A DNA stretch of 50,635 nt from Pelomyxa schiedti. Taxonomy: Eukaryota > Protista > Evosea. Below, piece by piece: positions 49,770 to 50,635 of this stretch. The stretch covers positions 1-50,635 of the forward strand of contig JAHLWZ010000439.1 of the NCBI GenBank assembly GCA_020536535.1. The letters are read 5' to 3'. The notes under the pieces were generated by a model. That model was not told the DNA's origin. It saw only the letters and a list, made by a program, of their open reading frames with translations, and searched no databases. The position numbers and the translations under genes are program-made. Position 1 is the stretch's first letter, and the number at the start of each line of letters is the position of its first letter.

Positions 49770-50635
49770 TTTCCTTCACTTCTAACTGTGAGAAAAGGTA
49801 TCTTGGAAAACATTCATATCTGAAAAGAAGCGAGACATTCACAGGAAAGTAACGACAGCCCTCCGGAAACTGAAAGAGAGAAACACTGAACTGTTCACCG
49901 CACTGGAAGACGTTAACAGCAAGGGCACAACAGCCAAGAGTGAACTCTGGGCCACGTTTTCTCCACTGGAATCTGCCATTTTGAAAAGAAAAACAGAATT
50001 CCTTAATAAAGTAGATGCCATGGTGGAGAAAAAGAGAGTGGCAATCCAAAATCAATTCGGTATTTTCTTTCCTCTCGTTCAGGTGACCTTACTTCTATTC
50101 AGAGGCGACAAGAGTACTTCATGCAAATGTGGAAATGCGGTTGGCAAACGAAAACACAACTCCAAGGGAGGTAATTGTTGAATACCATCGATTTGGATTT
50201 TGTGGTTTCTTACTCCAACTACAGCTTGCTGATTTGCTGAACAAAATCGAAAGCGAGTGTGATTTACCTGTTCCACCATCACAAATATCCTTTGGCTCCA
50301 ACCCACTCCCAGAGGTTTGTATTTTCCAGGCCTTTCATACTTGACATTGATGAAAATACTCAGGTCCTCCCGGCAATCGCGAAACTTGGGTGCCTGAGCG
50401 AAATCCCTGGAATTAATTTGACTGTGAGCACAATTTCGAGCAGTATAATTACAGTCCAATGGTCATGGTCCACCAAACACCGGTAAAATCTCTTTTACAG
50501 CTTCAATTTCAGTAACGATAATTCAGTCAAGTGGAAGTTCAAATTTCAGACTGTGTTCCAGATAACCCTGACAACACCCCGATTCAATTCTCAAGGTCGA
50601 TATTCTGTGTGACTCCTGAGTGCATGATTCCCTGG
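49770..50635 (+). CDS. Partial second copy or allele of the B-box/coiled-coil/FN3-like gene
   Basis: Aligns with 5550-6413 with scattered substitutions (e.g. FLFQ vs FLNK, IHNQ vs IQNQ). Confidence 0.75.

Overview
Gene-dense eukaryotic scaffold with many very short (about 35-60 nt) GT-AG introns and five 100-N gaps. It looks like an amoebozoan-type protist; this is an inference from intron style and a Dictyostelium-type Ras, and was not verified. About 25 genes can be reconstructed by splicing: GET3/ASNA1 (two near-identical copies), a 3-RRM protein, a B-box/coiled-coil/FN3-like protein (also duplicated), a divergent actin, a SLC35A nucleotide-sugar transporter, CSN8, a MORN-repeat kinase, two F-box paralogues, a metallophosphoesterase, PP1 with a long Ser-rich N-terminus, an ABCG half-transporter, RPC3, Ras, V-ATPase subunit e, TBP, RPA12, a PB1/atypical-kinase/pseudokinase fusion and RAD51, plus a tRNA-Glu(TTC) gene. 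The best hidden signal is a minus-strand thioredoxin-fold gene (49175-49583) that the ORF track misses. Its redox motif is W-TGA-G-G-C (UxxC), and about 130 nt past the true stop there is a well-formed type II SECIS, so it is very probably an unannotated selenoprotein.
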